Made by a program: the position numbers and the translations under genes. A DNA stretch of 64,000 nt from contig JAUSNP010000005.1 in NCBI GenBank assembly GCA_030645735.1, forward strand, positions 8,151 through 72,150, written 5' to 3'. Shown in pieces: positions 47,565-55,598 of the stretch. Numbering within the stretch: position 1 is the stretch's first letter; each line of letters opens with the position of its first letter. The notes beneath the pieces are model-generated. The model saw only the letters and a list, made by a program, of their open reading frames with translations. It made no database searches and was not told the origin of the DNA. Source of the DNA: Candidatus Moraniibacteriota bacterium (GTDB lineage Bacteria; Patescibacteriota; Minisyncoccia; Moranbacterales; UBA2206).

Positions 47565-48562
47565 AATCGGGCGCGGGTGGAGAAAAATCTAATAGTTTGA
47601 TTTCACAAATCCGAAAAAATTTTGCGGTGAGTCGCAAGTGGAAAAATATGCAGGATGATGGTGCGGTTTTTGACCTAGGTATGAACAATGTAGAGACGCC
47701 CCGGCAGGGCGTCTCTACTGCGTCGAATAAATTAGTCTTTACCACCGACGCATTTATTGTGGATCCAATTTTTTTTCCAGGTGGCGACATTGGCAAGATT
47801 GCGATGTGTGGGACAATCAATGATTTGTCAGTGATGGGTGCCAAGCCGATTGGCATTGGTTTGAGTTTGGTGATTGAAGAGGGTTTTCCCGAAGAAGATT
47901 TGCAAAAAATTGTGGCATCAATTGGAAAAGTTTCAGCTGAGTCGGGTGTACCGATTGTGACAGGTGACACCAAAGTCACTGAGCGTGGCAAAATCGACAA
48001 AATTGAAATCACCACCTCTGGTGTTGGATTGGCGAAAAAAATAATTGGAAATAGCGGGGCAAAAGTGGGGGATGTGGTCATTGCTTCTGGCAATTTGGGT
48101 GAACATGCGGTGGCATTGTTGGCCAAGCGTTTCAACTATCAAACGAAAATAAAAAGTGATTGTCAGACACTGACTCGCGAAATTCAAAGCGTTGCTAAAT
48201 ATCTGACTGCTTGCAAGGATCCAACTCGCGGTGGCATGGCAGCGGTACTCAATGAAATTGCGGAAAAATCCAAAGTCAAAATCGTGCTGGCTGAAAACAC
48301 CTTGCCATTTTCCAAAGAAACCGTGGCACTCTCTGAGCTTCTAGGAATTGATAAATTCTCTTTTCCATCGGAAGGGCGCTTTGTGGCCACAGTTCAGCCA
48401 AAGCAAGCCAAAAAAGCCTTGCAGATTTTGCAAAAATTCAATGCTCAGGCCAAAATTATTGGCTCAGTTGAGCCAGGAAAAGGCGTATTCTTGAATACCA
48501 GCCTAGGTGGCACCAAAAAAATCGATGTGCCACGCGGAAAACTAATTCCGAGGATTTGCTAG
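47534..48562 (+). CDS. hypE: hydrogenase maturation factor HypE
   Basis: 342 aa; FTTDAFIVDPIFFPGGDIGKIAMCGTINDL; C-terminal PRIC. Confidence 0.85.
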   Translation: MEREKKTIELESGAGGEKSNSLISQIRKNFAVSRKWKNMQDDGAVFDLGMNNVETPRQGVSTASNKLVFTTDAFIVDPIFFPGGDIGKIAMCGTINDLSVMGAKPIGIGLSLVIEEGFPEEDLQKIVASIGKVSAESGVPIVTGDTKVTERGKIDKIEITTSGVGLAKKIIGNSGAKVGDVVIASGNLGEHAVALLAKRFNYQTKIKSDCQTLTREIQSVAKYLTACKDPTRGGMAAVLNEIAEKSKVKIVLAENTLPFSKETVALSELLGIDKFSFPSEGRFVATVQPKQAKKALQILQKFNAQAKIIGSVEPGKGVFLNTSLGGTKKIDVPRGKLIPRIC

Positions 48563-49753
48563 ATAAAAGATTATTTGTCCAAAAGAAAGTCCTGCATCGC
48601 CACGCGGGATCTTTTTATTTACATAAGCACCTTTCGAGATTAGATATTCAGAGATTATTTTGTTGTTGGCAATGCCACCAGCCAGAAAGATCGGAAGCTG
48701 TAGGGGTTTCACCCCTACAGCTAGGCCTTCCGCGATATAGAGTTGCGCAGTGGCGGCTAGGCGTTTTTTGTCTTTGTGTAAATTTTTTATCAAGTACTCG
48801 AAAAGACAAGTCGTATTTAGGATGACCGATGACCGATGACTGATGACTCTTTCTGGCATCTCAATCTTTGGTTTTATATCCAAATACGGTTTAGTTGAAT
48901 TAGCTTCCAGTTTCAGGATTGGTTCGTGTTTGTGCTTTCTTTCGTTTTTACAAAAACCCAACAAAATAGAGACGGCATCCAAAACTCGGCCACAGCTTGA
49001 AGTTTCGATGCAATTGAAATTTTGTTGCAGCTGATTATATAAAACCTCAAATTCTTGCACTGAATAATATTTTTTTACAAAAGAATAAATAAAATCTTTT
49101 TGAGATTTGAGATTTGAGATTTGAGATTTTCTTGTATCTTGTATTTTGTATCTTGTGATTTTGTCCAGTATGCTAATCAACATTCGCGCTGGTTCCTGAA
49201 TAGCCAATTCTCCACCAATCATCACTTGATTTTCAAGACTCCCAATCCTTTCAATTTTTATTTTTTGTTTTGAAATTTTGTCATTGGAAATTGGAAATTG
49301 TAAATTGGAAATTGCGAAGCATTCACCTCCCCAAATTTTGCCATCGGTGCCATAGCCCGTACCATCCAAAGCGATGCCACAGAATTTAGGTGGTAGTTTG
49401 TAGTTGGTAGTTTGTAGAGCTTTTTCGCCAACTGCAGAAAAGATGTGGGCGATATGGTGTTGGATTTGAATATGTTTGGCCTTATACTTTTTGGCCAAAT
49501 CTTTGCCTAGTATAGTAGTCTTATATAGCGGATGTAAATCAGTCAGAATAATATCCGGTTTGATTTTATTTTTTCTTAAGAATTTGTTCAATTCGTGTTG
49601 GTATTCGTTAAAATTCGTGTCTTTCAAGAGGTCTCCAAAATCTTCAGAAAAGTAAATTTTATTATAGCTAAAAACCGAAAAATTGCCATTGGATTCTGGT
49701 CCAAGAGCTAAGATTTGCTGTTTGTTTTTTTGTGGATAATTGAATACTCGCAT
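48542..49753 (-). CDS. hypF: HypF C-terminal (Kae1/YgjD-like) domain only
   Basis: 403 aa aligning to E. coli HypF residues ~375-750 (ILALGPESNGNF, HHIAHIFSAVGE, FLAGGIANN); no acylphosphatase, Zn-finger or YrdC domains at this locus. Confidence 0.7.
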   Translation of the reverse strand: MRVFNYPQKNKQQILALGPESNGNFSVFSYNKIYFSEDFGDLLKDTNFNEYQHELNKFLRKNKIKPDIILTDLHPLYKTTILGKDLAKKYKAKHIQIQHHIAHIFSAVGEKALQTTNYKLPPKFCGIALDGTGYGTDGKIWGGECFAISNLQFPISNDKISKQKIKIERIGSLENQVMIGGELAIQEPARMLISILDKITRYKIQDTRKSQISNLKSQKDFIYSFVKKYYSVQEFEVLYNQLQQNFNCIETSSCGRVLDAVSILLGFCKNERKHKHEPILKLEANSTKPYLDIKPKIEMPERVISHRSSVILNTTCLFEYLIKNLHKDKKRLAATAQLYIAEGLAVGVKPLQLPIFLAGGIANNKIISEYLISKGAYVNKKIPRGDAGLSFGQIIFYLANPRN

Positions 49754-49772
49754 AATAACTTAAATTAAATTT

Positions 49773-49843
49773 TGTCATTCCCGTGAAAACGGGAATCTAG
49801 TATCGAGGCTTTGTGACTAGATTCCGGCTCAAGGCCGGAATGA
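49773..49843. repeat. compound palindromic repeat element (copy 2)
   Basis: GTCATTCCCGtgaaaACGGGAATC ... GATTCCGGCtcaagGCCGGAATGAC. Confidence 0.7.
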
Positions 49844-49938
49844 CAATGCGTATTTAGTATATCAAGTTATGTGGCTTTGTTGAATTGGCAAAAATCTGGT
49901 AAAATATGAGTATAAGGAAAATAAAAATTACTGAAAAT

Positions 49939-50697
49939 ATGTCAAAACCAAAAGTAGCGATTGTGAGTTTGACTTCCTGTGAGGGTTGTCAGTTTGCTTT
50001 GTTGGATCTGGGAGAAAAATTCTTGGATTTTGTAGGCAAAATTGAAATGATTGATTTTCGTTTGATCGAGGATGAAGAAGATGATGGCGGAGAGCTTGAC
50101 CTAGTTCTCGTAGAGGGCAATCCAGTGACTGAGGAAAATGTGAAAACATTGGAATCATTGCGAAAGCGTGCCAAAATTTTGGTGGCCTTGGGTAATTGTG
50201 CGGCGATGGGTGGAATTCCAGAAATCAAGAATTATCACGAGGGCGTGAATACCATCAAGCATGTGTATAAATATATTCAAGGTATTAGCAATCCAGAAAT
50301 TAAGGAGATTGATAATTTTGTGAAAGTTGATTTTGTGTTTCCTGGGTGCCCAATCAATGGTGAGGAATTTTTGAAATATATCCCTGAGCTTTTGGAAGGC
50401 AAGATTCCGGTTATTCCAGATCAACCAGTGTGTGTGGAATGCAAAGCAGCTGGTAATCGATGTTTGCTTTTGGATAAGAAGCCATGCTTTGGACCAATGA
50501 TCCAAGGTGGTTGCAATGCCGTGTGTCCAACTTCCAGAATGACTTGCCAGGGTTGTCGGGGTTTGCGCCCAACTGGCAATGTGAAGGCTATGCGTGCAGC
50601 TTTGAAAAATATGATCACAGACCATCAGTTTGAAAATATAACCGAAATCTTCGGACTCAGAGATGATATTGAGGCCAAGGAAAAATTATCAAAATAA
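49939..50697 (+). CDS. [NiFe]-hydrogenase small subunit, group-3 type
   Basis: MSKPKVAIVSLTSCEGCQFALLD; distal Cys-rich region CVECKAAGNRC...CFGP...GCNAVCP. Confidence 0.8.
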   Translation: MSKPKVAIVSLTSCEGCQFALLDLGEKFLDFVGKIEMIDFRLIEDEEDDGGELDLVLVEGNPVTEENVKTLESLRKRAKILVALGNCAAMGGIPEIKNYHEGVNTIKHVYKYIQGISNPEIKEIDNFVKVDFVFPGCPINGEEFLKYIPELLEGKIPVIPDQPVCVECKAAGNRCLLLDKKPCFGPMIQGGCNAVCPTSRMTCQGCRGLRPTGNVKAMRAALKNMITDHQFENITEIFGLRDDIEAKEKLSK

Positions 50698-50703
50698 AAT
50701 ATT

Positions 50704-51963
50704 ATGCAAATAAAAATCAATCATATCGCAAAAATGGAAGGACACGCGGGCTTTATGGCCAGTGTTCTCAATGGCGATGTTAAAAGTGCCAAGCTCGAAG
50801 TGCAAGAGGGAATTCGCCTAATTGAAGGAGTTTTGATTGGTCGGCACTATGCTGATATGCCGACAATTGCTCAGCGCATCTGTGGAATTTGTCCAGTGGT
50901 GCACAATTTGACAGCTATCAAGGCTTTGGAGAGTGCTATGGGTGTTTCCGTGTCGCCTGAGGCTGAAAAATTGCGCGTGGTGATGGAATTGGGTCAAATC
51001 ATACATTCGCACTCCCTGCATCTATTCTTCTTGTCTCTAGCTGATTTCTTGGATATGGATAACGATATTCAACTCATCAGCACCTATCCAGAAGAGGCCA
51101 AAATTGCCATGCGCTTGCGAGATTATGGGATGGATATTGTGCGAGTGATTGGCGGGCGTGTAGTGCATCCTTTGACCAACGAAGTGGGCGGTTTCAAAAA
51201 GGCACCAGACGCAGATGCTCTACGAAAAATCGTGACTGACAGTAGTCAGGCGCTGAAAGATGCAGTGGCGTTAGGAGAATTTTTCAAGAAAATAAAAATC
51301 CCAGATTTTCAACGCGAGACCGAATATATATGTCTAGGAAAAAATGGGGAGTATGCAATTTATGACGGTGATGTAATCTCTTCACAGGGTTTGCACATTC
51401 CAGTGGAAAAATTTGAAAGCAATTTTCAAGAATTGCAAAAACAAACTGAATTGATCAAAAAAGTTGTGCATGAAGGCAAGAGCTATATGATTGGCGCGAT
51501 TGCTAGAATCAACAATAGTCGTGATAAGCTTAGTCCACAGGCTAGCAGTTATCTTGATAGTTTGAATTTCACTTTTCCAGATTACAATCCATTTCATAAC
51601 ATTTTGTGTCAGATGGTGGAGGTTATTCATTGTATTGAACAATCAAGTAAATTGATCAAGGAATTATTGCATTCTGATTTGAACAATGTGGTGACTGGAA
51701 AATATGAAATCAAAGAAGGGGTTGGGGTGGCCGCAGTGGAAGCTCCGCGCGGAACGCTCTATTATCATGTAGAAGTTGATCACAACGGCTATCTGAAAAA
51801 TGTAAATATCATCACGCCAACTGCACAATTCTTGTCGAATTTGGAAGATGATGTGGCAGACTATATCAAAGAAATTATTGACCTGAAAGACGCTGATAAA
51901 CAAAAAAAACTCCGCGGTTTCATTCGTGCCTATGATCCTTGCATTTCTTGCGCAGTACACTAA
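50704..51963 (+). CDS. [NiFe]-hydrogenase large subunit, group-3 type, without a C-terminal extension
   Basis: 419 aa; N-terminal RICGICPVVH; C-terminal DPCISCAVH immediately followed by the stop. Confidence 0.85.
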   Translation: MQIKINHIAKMEGHAGFMASVLNGDVKSAKLEVQEGIRLIEGVLIGRHYADMPTIAQRICGICPVVHNLTAIKALESAMGVSVSPEAEKLRVVMELGQIIHSHSLHLFFLSLADFLDMDNDIQLISTYPEEAKIAMRLRDYGMDIVRVIGGRVVHPLTNEVGGFKKAPDADALRKIVTDSSQALKDAVALGEFFKKIKIPDFQRETEYICLGKNGEYAIYDGDVISSQGLHIPVEKFESNFQELQKQTELIKKVVHEGKSYMIGAIARINNSRDKLSPQASSYLDSLNFTFPDYNPFHNILCQMVEVIHCIEQSSKLIKELLHSDLNNVVTGKYEIKEGVGVAAVEAPRGTLYYHVEVDHNGYLKNVNIITPTAQFLSNLEDDVADYIKEIIDLKDADKQKKLRGFIRAYDPCISCAVH

Positions 51964-52053
51964 GGATATAAATCACTAATCTACACGAATTTTTCACTAA
52001 TAATTCGCGAATATTTGAGAATAATTAGGGATTGATTTGTGACTTAAATCATC

Positions 52054-52431
52054 ATGACTGAATTAAACCAAGTTTATAAATGTAATGTGTGTGGCAATAT
52101 TGTGGAAGTTTTGCACACGGGAGTTGGGGAATTGGTATGTTGCGGACAACCGATGGGATTGCAAATAGAAAAGACTGAAGAAGAAAAATTTGAAAAACAT
52201 CGACCGGTGGTGGAAAAAACGGATGCAGGTGTGATTGTGCGTGTAGGATCTGTGGCGCATCCGATGGAAAGTGAGCATTATATTGAATGGATTGAGGTAA
52301 TCACTGAACACAGAGCATATCGCAAAAATTTGGAACCAGGTGGAGCGCCAGCAGCAGAATTTTTCTTTGATGCTGAGCATTTCGAAGTGCGCGCTTATTG
52401 CAATGTGCATGGGCTGTGGAAGAACGTATAA
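52054..52431 (+). CDS. dfx: desulfoferrodoxin (2Fe superoxide reductase)
   Basis: 125 aa; N-terminal CNVCGN...CCG; centre II H...H...CNVHGLW. Confidence 0.85.
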   Translation: MTELNQVYKCNVCGNIVEVLHTGVGELVCCGQPMGLQIEKTEEEKFEKHRPVVEKTDAGVIVRVGSVAHPMESEHYIEWIEVITEHRAYRKNLEPGGAPAAEFFFDAEHFEVRAYCNVHGLWKNV

Positions 52432-52546
52432 CGTAAATCGCAAAACGTGTAACGCACAACACGCATAATATAAATCGCAAATTGTATAATTTATAACGCA
52501 AATCATGTAACGATTCACGTTCCACGATTCACGTTCCACGAAATTC
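52425..52546 (+). repeat. intergenic heptamer tandem-repeat array (family member C)
   Basis: gaacgTATAACGtaaatcgcaaaacgtgtaacgc ... ATTCACGTTCCACGATTCACGTTCCACGaaattc, then the ATG. Confidence 0.7.
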
Positions 52547-52819
52547 ATGCATGATTTTCTACTAGCCAAAGAAATTGTTGATGAAGTTCTAGCGATTGCT
52601 GCAGAAAAAAAACTGACAGCGATCAAAAGTGTTGATGTTGAAATTGGCACAATCGCTTTGGCGCATGATGGTTTTGATGAGCACACCGAAGATATTGATG
52701 TGGAAAATCTTCAATTTGGACTAGAAAACATTGCTAAAAACACAATATTGAAAAATACCGAGTTTAAGTTTAAAAAAGTATCAGGGGATAATTGGAAAAT
52801 CACCAACATCGAAATCTAA
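52547..52819 (+). CDS. HypA-like hydrogenase nickel-insertion protein lacking the zinc-finger cysteines
   Basis: 90 aa; MHDFLLAKEIVDEVL...VDVEIGTIA matches the HypA N-terminus (MHE motif); no Cys anywhere in the protein. Confidence 0.45.
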   Translation: MHDFLLAKEIVDEVLAIAAEKKLTAIKSVDVEIGTIALAHDGFDEHTEDIDVENLQFGLENIAKNTILKNTEFKFKKVSGDNWKITNIEI

Positions 52820-52840
52820 TAATTTTTTAATTTTTATATT

Positions 52841-53845
52841 ATGACAAGAATAGCAATCAATGGCTTCGGCCGAATCGGACGCATGTCGCTCAAAATCGCC
52901 CTAACCAAAAATGATGTAGAGGTGGTAGCTATCAATGACTTGGTGGACATCAAGACTGTAGCGCATCTTTTTGAGTATGATTCATCTTATGGTAAGAGTG
53001 GTCACGATGTTTCCGTAGATGAGGCTAGTGCAGAAATTATTGTAGATGGGAAAAGAATAAAATATTTCAGTGAAAAGGAACCAGAAAAATTGCCATGGGG
53101 AGATTTGGGAGTGGATATTGTTTTGGAGTGCACTGGAATTTTTGTGGACAGAGAAGGCGCACAAAAACATCTTTTAGCTGGAGCGAAAAAAGTTCTTTTG
53201 TCTGCGCCGCCTAAGGGTGATATCCCAGTTTATGTTCTAGGTATCAATGAGCATGATTACAATCCAACAGAAAATATTATTTCTAACGCTTCTTGCACAA
53301 CCAATTGTTTAGCACCGATGATTAAGGTGTTGGATGAGACTTTTGGATTGGAGAAAGGTTTTATGACCACTACACATGCCTACACTAACGATCAACGTTT
53401 GCAAGATTTGCCACACAAAGATTTGCGCCGAGCGCGTGCCGCAGCTCTCAATATTATCCCAACATCTACGGGCGCTGCCAAAACCGTTGGTTTGGTGATG
53501 AAGCATTTGGCTGGCAAGTTGGATGGAATTTCTTTGCGCGTACCAACTCCAGTGGTTTCAGTAGTGGATTTTATCTGTGTTTTGAAAAAAGATACTACGG
53601 TAGATGAAATAAATAATGCTTTTCGAAAAGCGTCACAAGGTGAGTTGAAAAATATCATGGAAGCGGAAGAGGGTCAGTTGGTTTCTATGGATTTCAAGGG
53701 CAATCCACATTCTGTGATTGTTGATTTACCACTGACTATGGCCAATGGAAATTTAGTCAAAGTTGTGGGTTGGTATGATAATGAATGGGGATATTCTAAT
53801 AGACTTGTGGAAATGGCGGAATTTGTGGGCAGTAAAATGGAATAA
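52841..53845 (+). CDS. gap: glyceraldehyde-3-phosphate dehydrogenase
   Basis: 334 aa; INGFGRIGR, ASCTTNCLAP. Confidence 0.95.
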   Translation: MTRIAINGFGRIGRMSLKIALTKNDVEVVAINDLVDIKTVAHLFEYDSSYGKSGHDVSVDEASAEIIVDGKRIKYFSEKEPEKLPWGDLGVDIVLECTGIFVDREGAQKHLLAGAKKVLLSAPPKGDIPVYVLGINEHDYNPTENIISNASCTTNCLAPMIKVLDETFGLEKGFMTTTHAYTNDQRLQDLPHKDLRRARAAALNIIPTSTGAAKTVGLVMKHLAGKLDGISLRVPTPVVSVVDFICVLKKDTTVDEINNAFRKASQGELKNIMEAEEGQLVSMDFKGNPHSVIVDLPLTMANGNLVKVVGWYDNEWGYSNRLVEMAEFVGSKME

Positions 53846-54015
53846 TTTTTTTGTAGGTATTTATTAAAAATTTTAAAATCCAAAATTCAAAGCATCAAAT
53901 TCCAAATAAATTACAATGACCAAAATATAAAATTCAAAAAAAACTTTTGGATTTTGAAAATTGCAATTTTAAATTTATTTGTTATTTATGATTTTGGGTT
54001 TTGAAATTAACTTTT

Positions 54016-55587
54016 ATGTTCGACATCATAATAAAAAACGGGACACTAATTGACGGTAGTGGCAAACCAATGTATCGGGCGGATATTGGCATTAAGGATG
54101 ATCGGATTGCTAAAATTGGTGATTTGCACAATGAAAAAAGTGATTTGGAGATTGATGCTTCAGAGCGCTTGGTTTGTCCTGGGTTTGTGGATGTCAATAA
54201 TCATAGCGACACCTATTGGCAAATTTTTGCTAATCCGAACTTGGAAAGTTTAGTACATCAAGGCATCACCACAATTGTGGGTGGAAATTGTGGCGCATCG
54301 CTGGCGCCACTTCTTGGCGCTAATGCAATATCTTCGGTGCAAAAATGGGCCAACATCAGTCAGACCAGTTTGGATTGGTTGACAATGGAAGAATTTCTGG
54401 ATGTAGTTGAGCGAAAAAAAATGTCTGTAAACTTTGCCACTCTAGTGGGTCATGCAACTTTGCGACGAAGTATTTTGGGTGACGATATGCGAAATTTGAA
54501 TGTTAAAGAAGTTGATTTTTTGGCCAATAAATTAGCCACTGCTATGAAAGATGGCGCGCTAGGAATGTCTTCTGGCTTGATTTATTCGCATGCTAGAAGC
54601 ACTACAACAGATGAATTGGTGAATCTTTCCCAAACAATAGAAAAATATAATGGCGTGTATGTGACGCATATGCGCAATGAAAATTCCGATATTATTGCGG
54701 CAACAGAAGAGGCAATAGAGATTGCCAGAAAATCAAAAGTGAAATTACACATCTCTCATTTAAAAGTGATGGGTGAAAAAAATTGGGGCATGATGGATGG
54801 CGCACTTGATGCGATTTCTCGAGCAAATGAAGTTGGGCTGGATGTTTCCTTTGATGTTTTCCCCTACACCAATACAGGTTCAGTTTTGTATACGCTTTTG
54901 CCAGACTGGGTAACGGATGGTGGAAAAAAGATGCTGTTGAGTCGCTTAAAAAATCTAGAGACGCGAGCCAAGCTAGTGGCTGAAATGAAAGAATCGGGAA
55001 TTGATTATGCTAAAATTGAAATTGCTATTTCTCCGCTGAACAAAACTTTGGCGCGCCGAAAAATTTCTGAAATTGCGACTTCACAGGAAAAAACTATTGA
55101 AGACACGGTCATTGATATCTTGCTTGCGTCAGAAGGCCGTGTGATTATTTCCCTGGATGTTTTGAGTGAAGAAAATATTGCTAAGGCAATCGTGCATCCA
55201 GCCTCGATGATTTCTACTAATGGCTCGGGTTATGCTGACACTCACAGTAAGACTGGTGAGATGGTGCATCCGCGAAGCTTTGGCACCTTTCCAAGAATTT
55301 TGTCAAAATATGTTCTAGGCAAAAGAATCATTAGTTGGGAAGAGGCCGTGAAAAAAATGACTTCGATGCCGGCGCAAAAGTTTGGCATCGAAAGACGCGG
55401 GGAATTGAAAGAGAAATATTTTGCGGATATTGTGGTTATCAATCGTGATGAAATTCGTGACATGGCTACACCAGAAAATCCTTATCAGTATAACAAGGGA
55501 ATTGACTTTGTTTTGGTGAATGGACAGATTGTGCTACAAGATGGTATATATAATAATGGTCGCAATGGCCGGGTAATTAGACGCTAG
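54016..55587 (+). CDS. D-aminoacylase / N-acyl-D-amino-acid deacylase-family amidohydrolase
   Basis: IKNGTLIDGSG...PGFVDVNNHSD; start moved to MFDIIIKNG. Confidence 0.7.
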   Translation: MFDIIIKNGTLIDGSGKPMYRADIGIKDDRIAKIGDLHNEKSDLEIDASERLVCPGFVDVNNHSDTYWQIFANPNLESLVHQGITTIVGGNCGASLAPLLGANAISSVQKWANISQTSLDWLTMEEFLDVVERKKMSVNFATLVGHATLRRSILGDDMRNLNVKEVDFLANKLATAMKDGALGMSSGLIYSHARSTTTDELVNLSQTIEKYNGVYVTHMRNENSDIIAATEEAIEIARKSKVKLHISHLKVMGEKNWGMMDGALDAISRANEVGLDVSFDVFPYTNTGSVLYTLLPDWVTDGGKKMLLSRLKNLETRAKLVAEMKESGIDYAKIEIAISPLNKTLARRKISEIATSQEKTIEDTVIDILLASEGRVIISLDVLSEENIAKAIVHPASMISTNGSGYADTHSKTGEMVHPRSFGTFPRILSKYVLGKRIISWEEAVKKMTSMPAQKFGIERRGELKEKYFADIVVINRDEIRDMATPENPYQYNKGIDFVLVNGQIVLQDGIYNNGRNGRVIRR

Positions 55588-55598
55588 AGCCTATTTAG

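Noticed and set aside
47527-48135. 202-aa minus-strand ORF antisense to hypE
   Set aside because: HypE motifs are on the + strand.
48820-49470. Short tandem repeats (GAGATTT)4, (GGAAATT)n, (GATGACC)4 as a possible CRISPR array
   Set aside because: Units are 7-11 nt with no spacers of defined length. They lie inside the hypF' reading frame. No cas genes are present. These are microsatellite-like, not CRISPR.
52063-52686. 207-aa minus-strand ORF spanning dfx and the heptamer array
   Set aside because: Antisense to dfx and reads through a repeat array. No homology.
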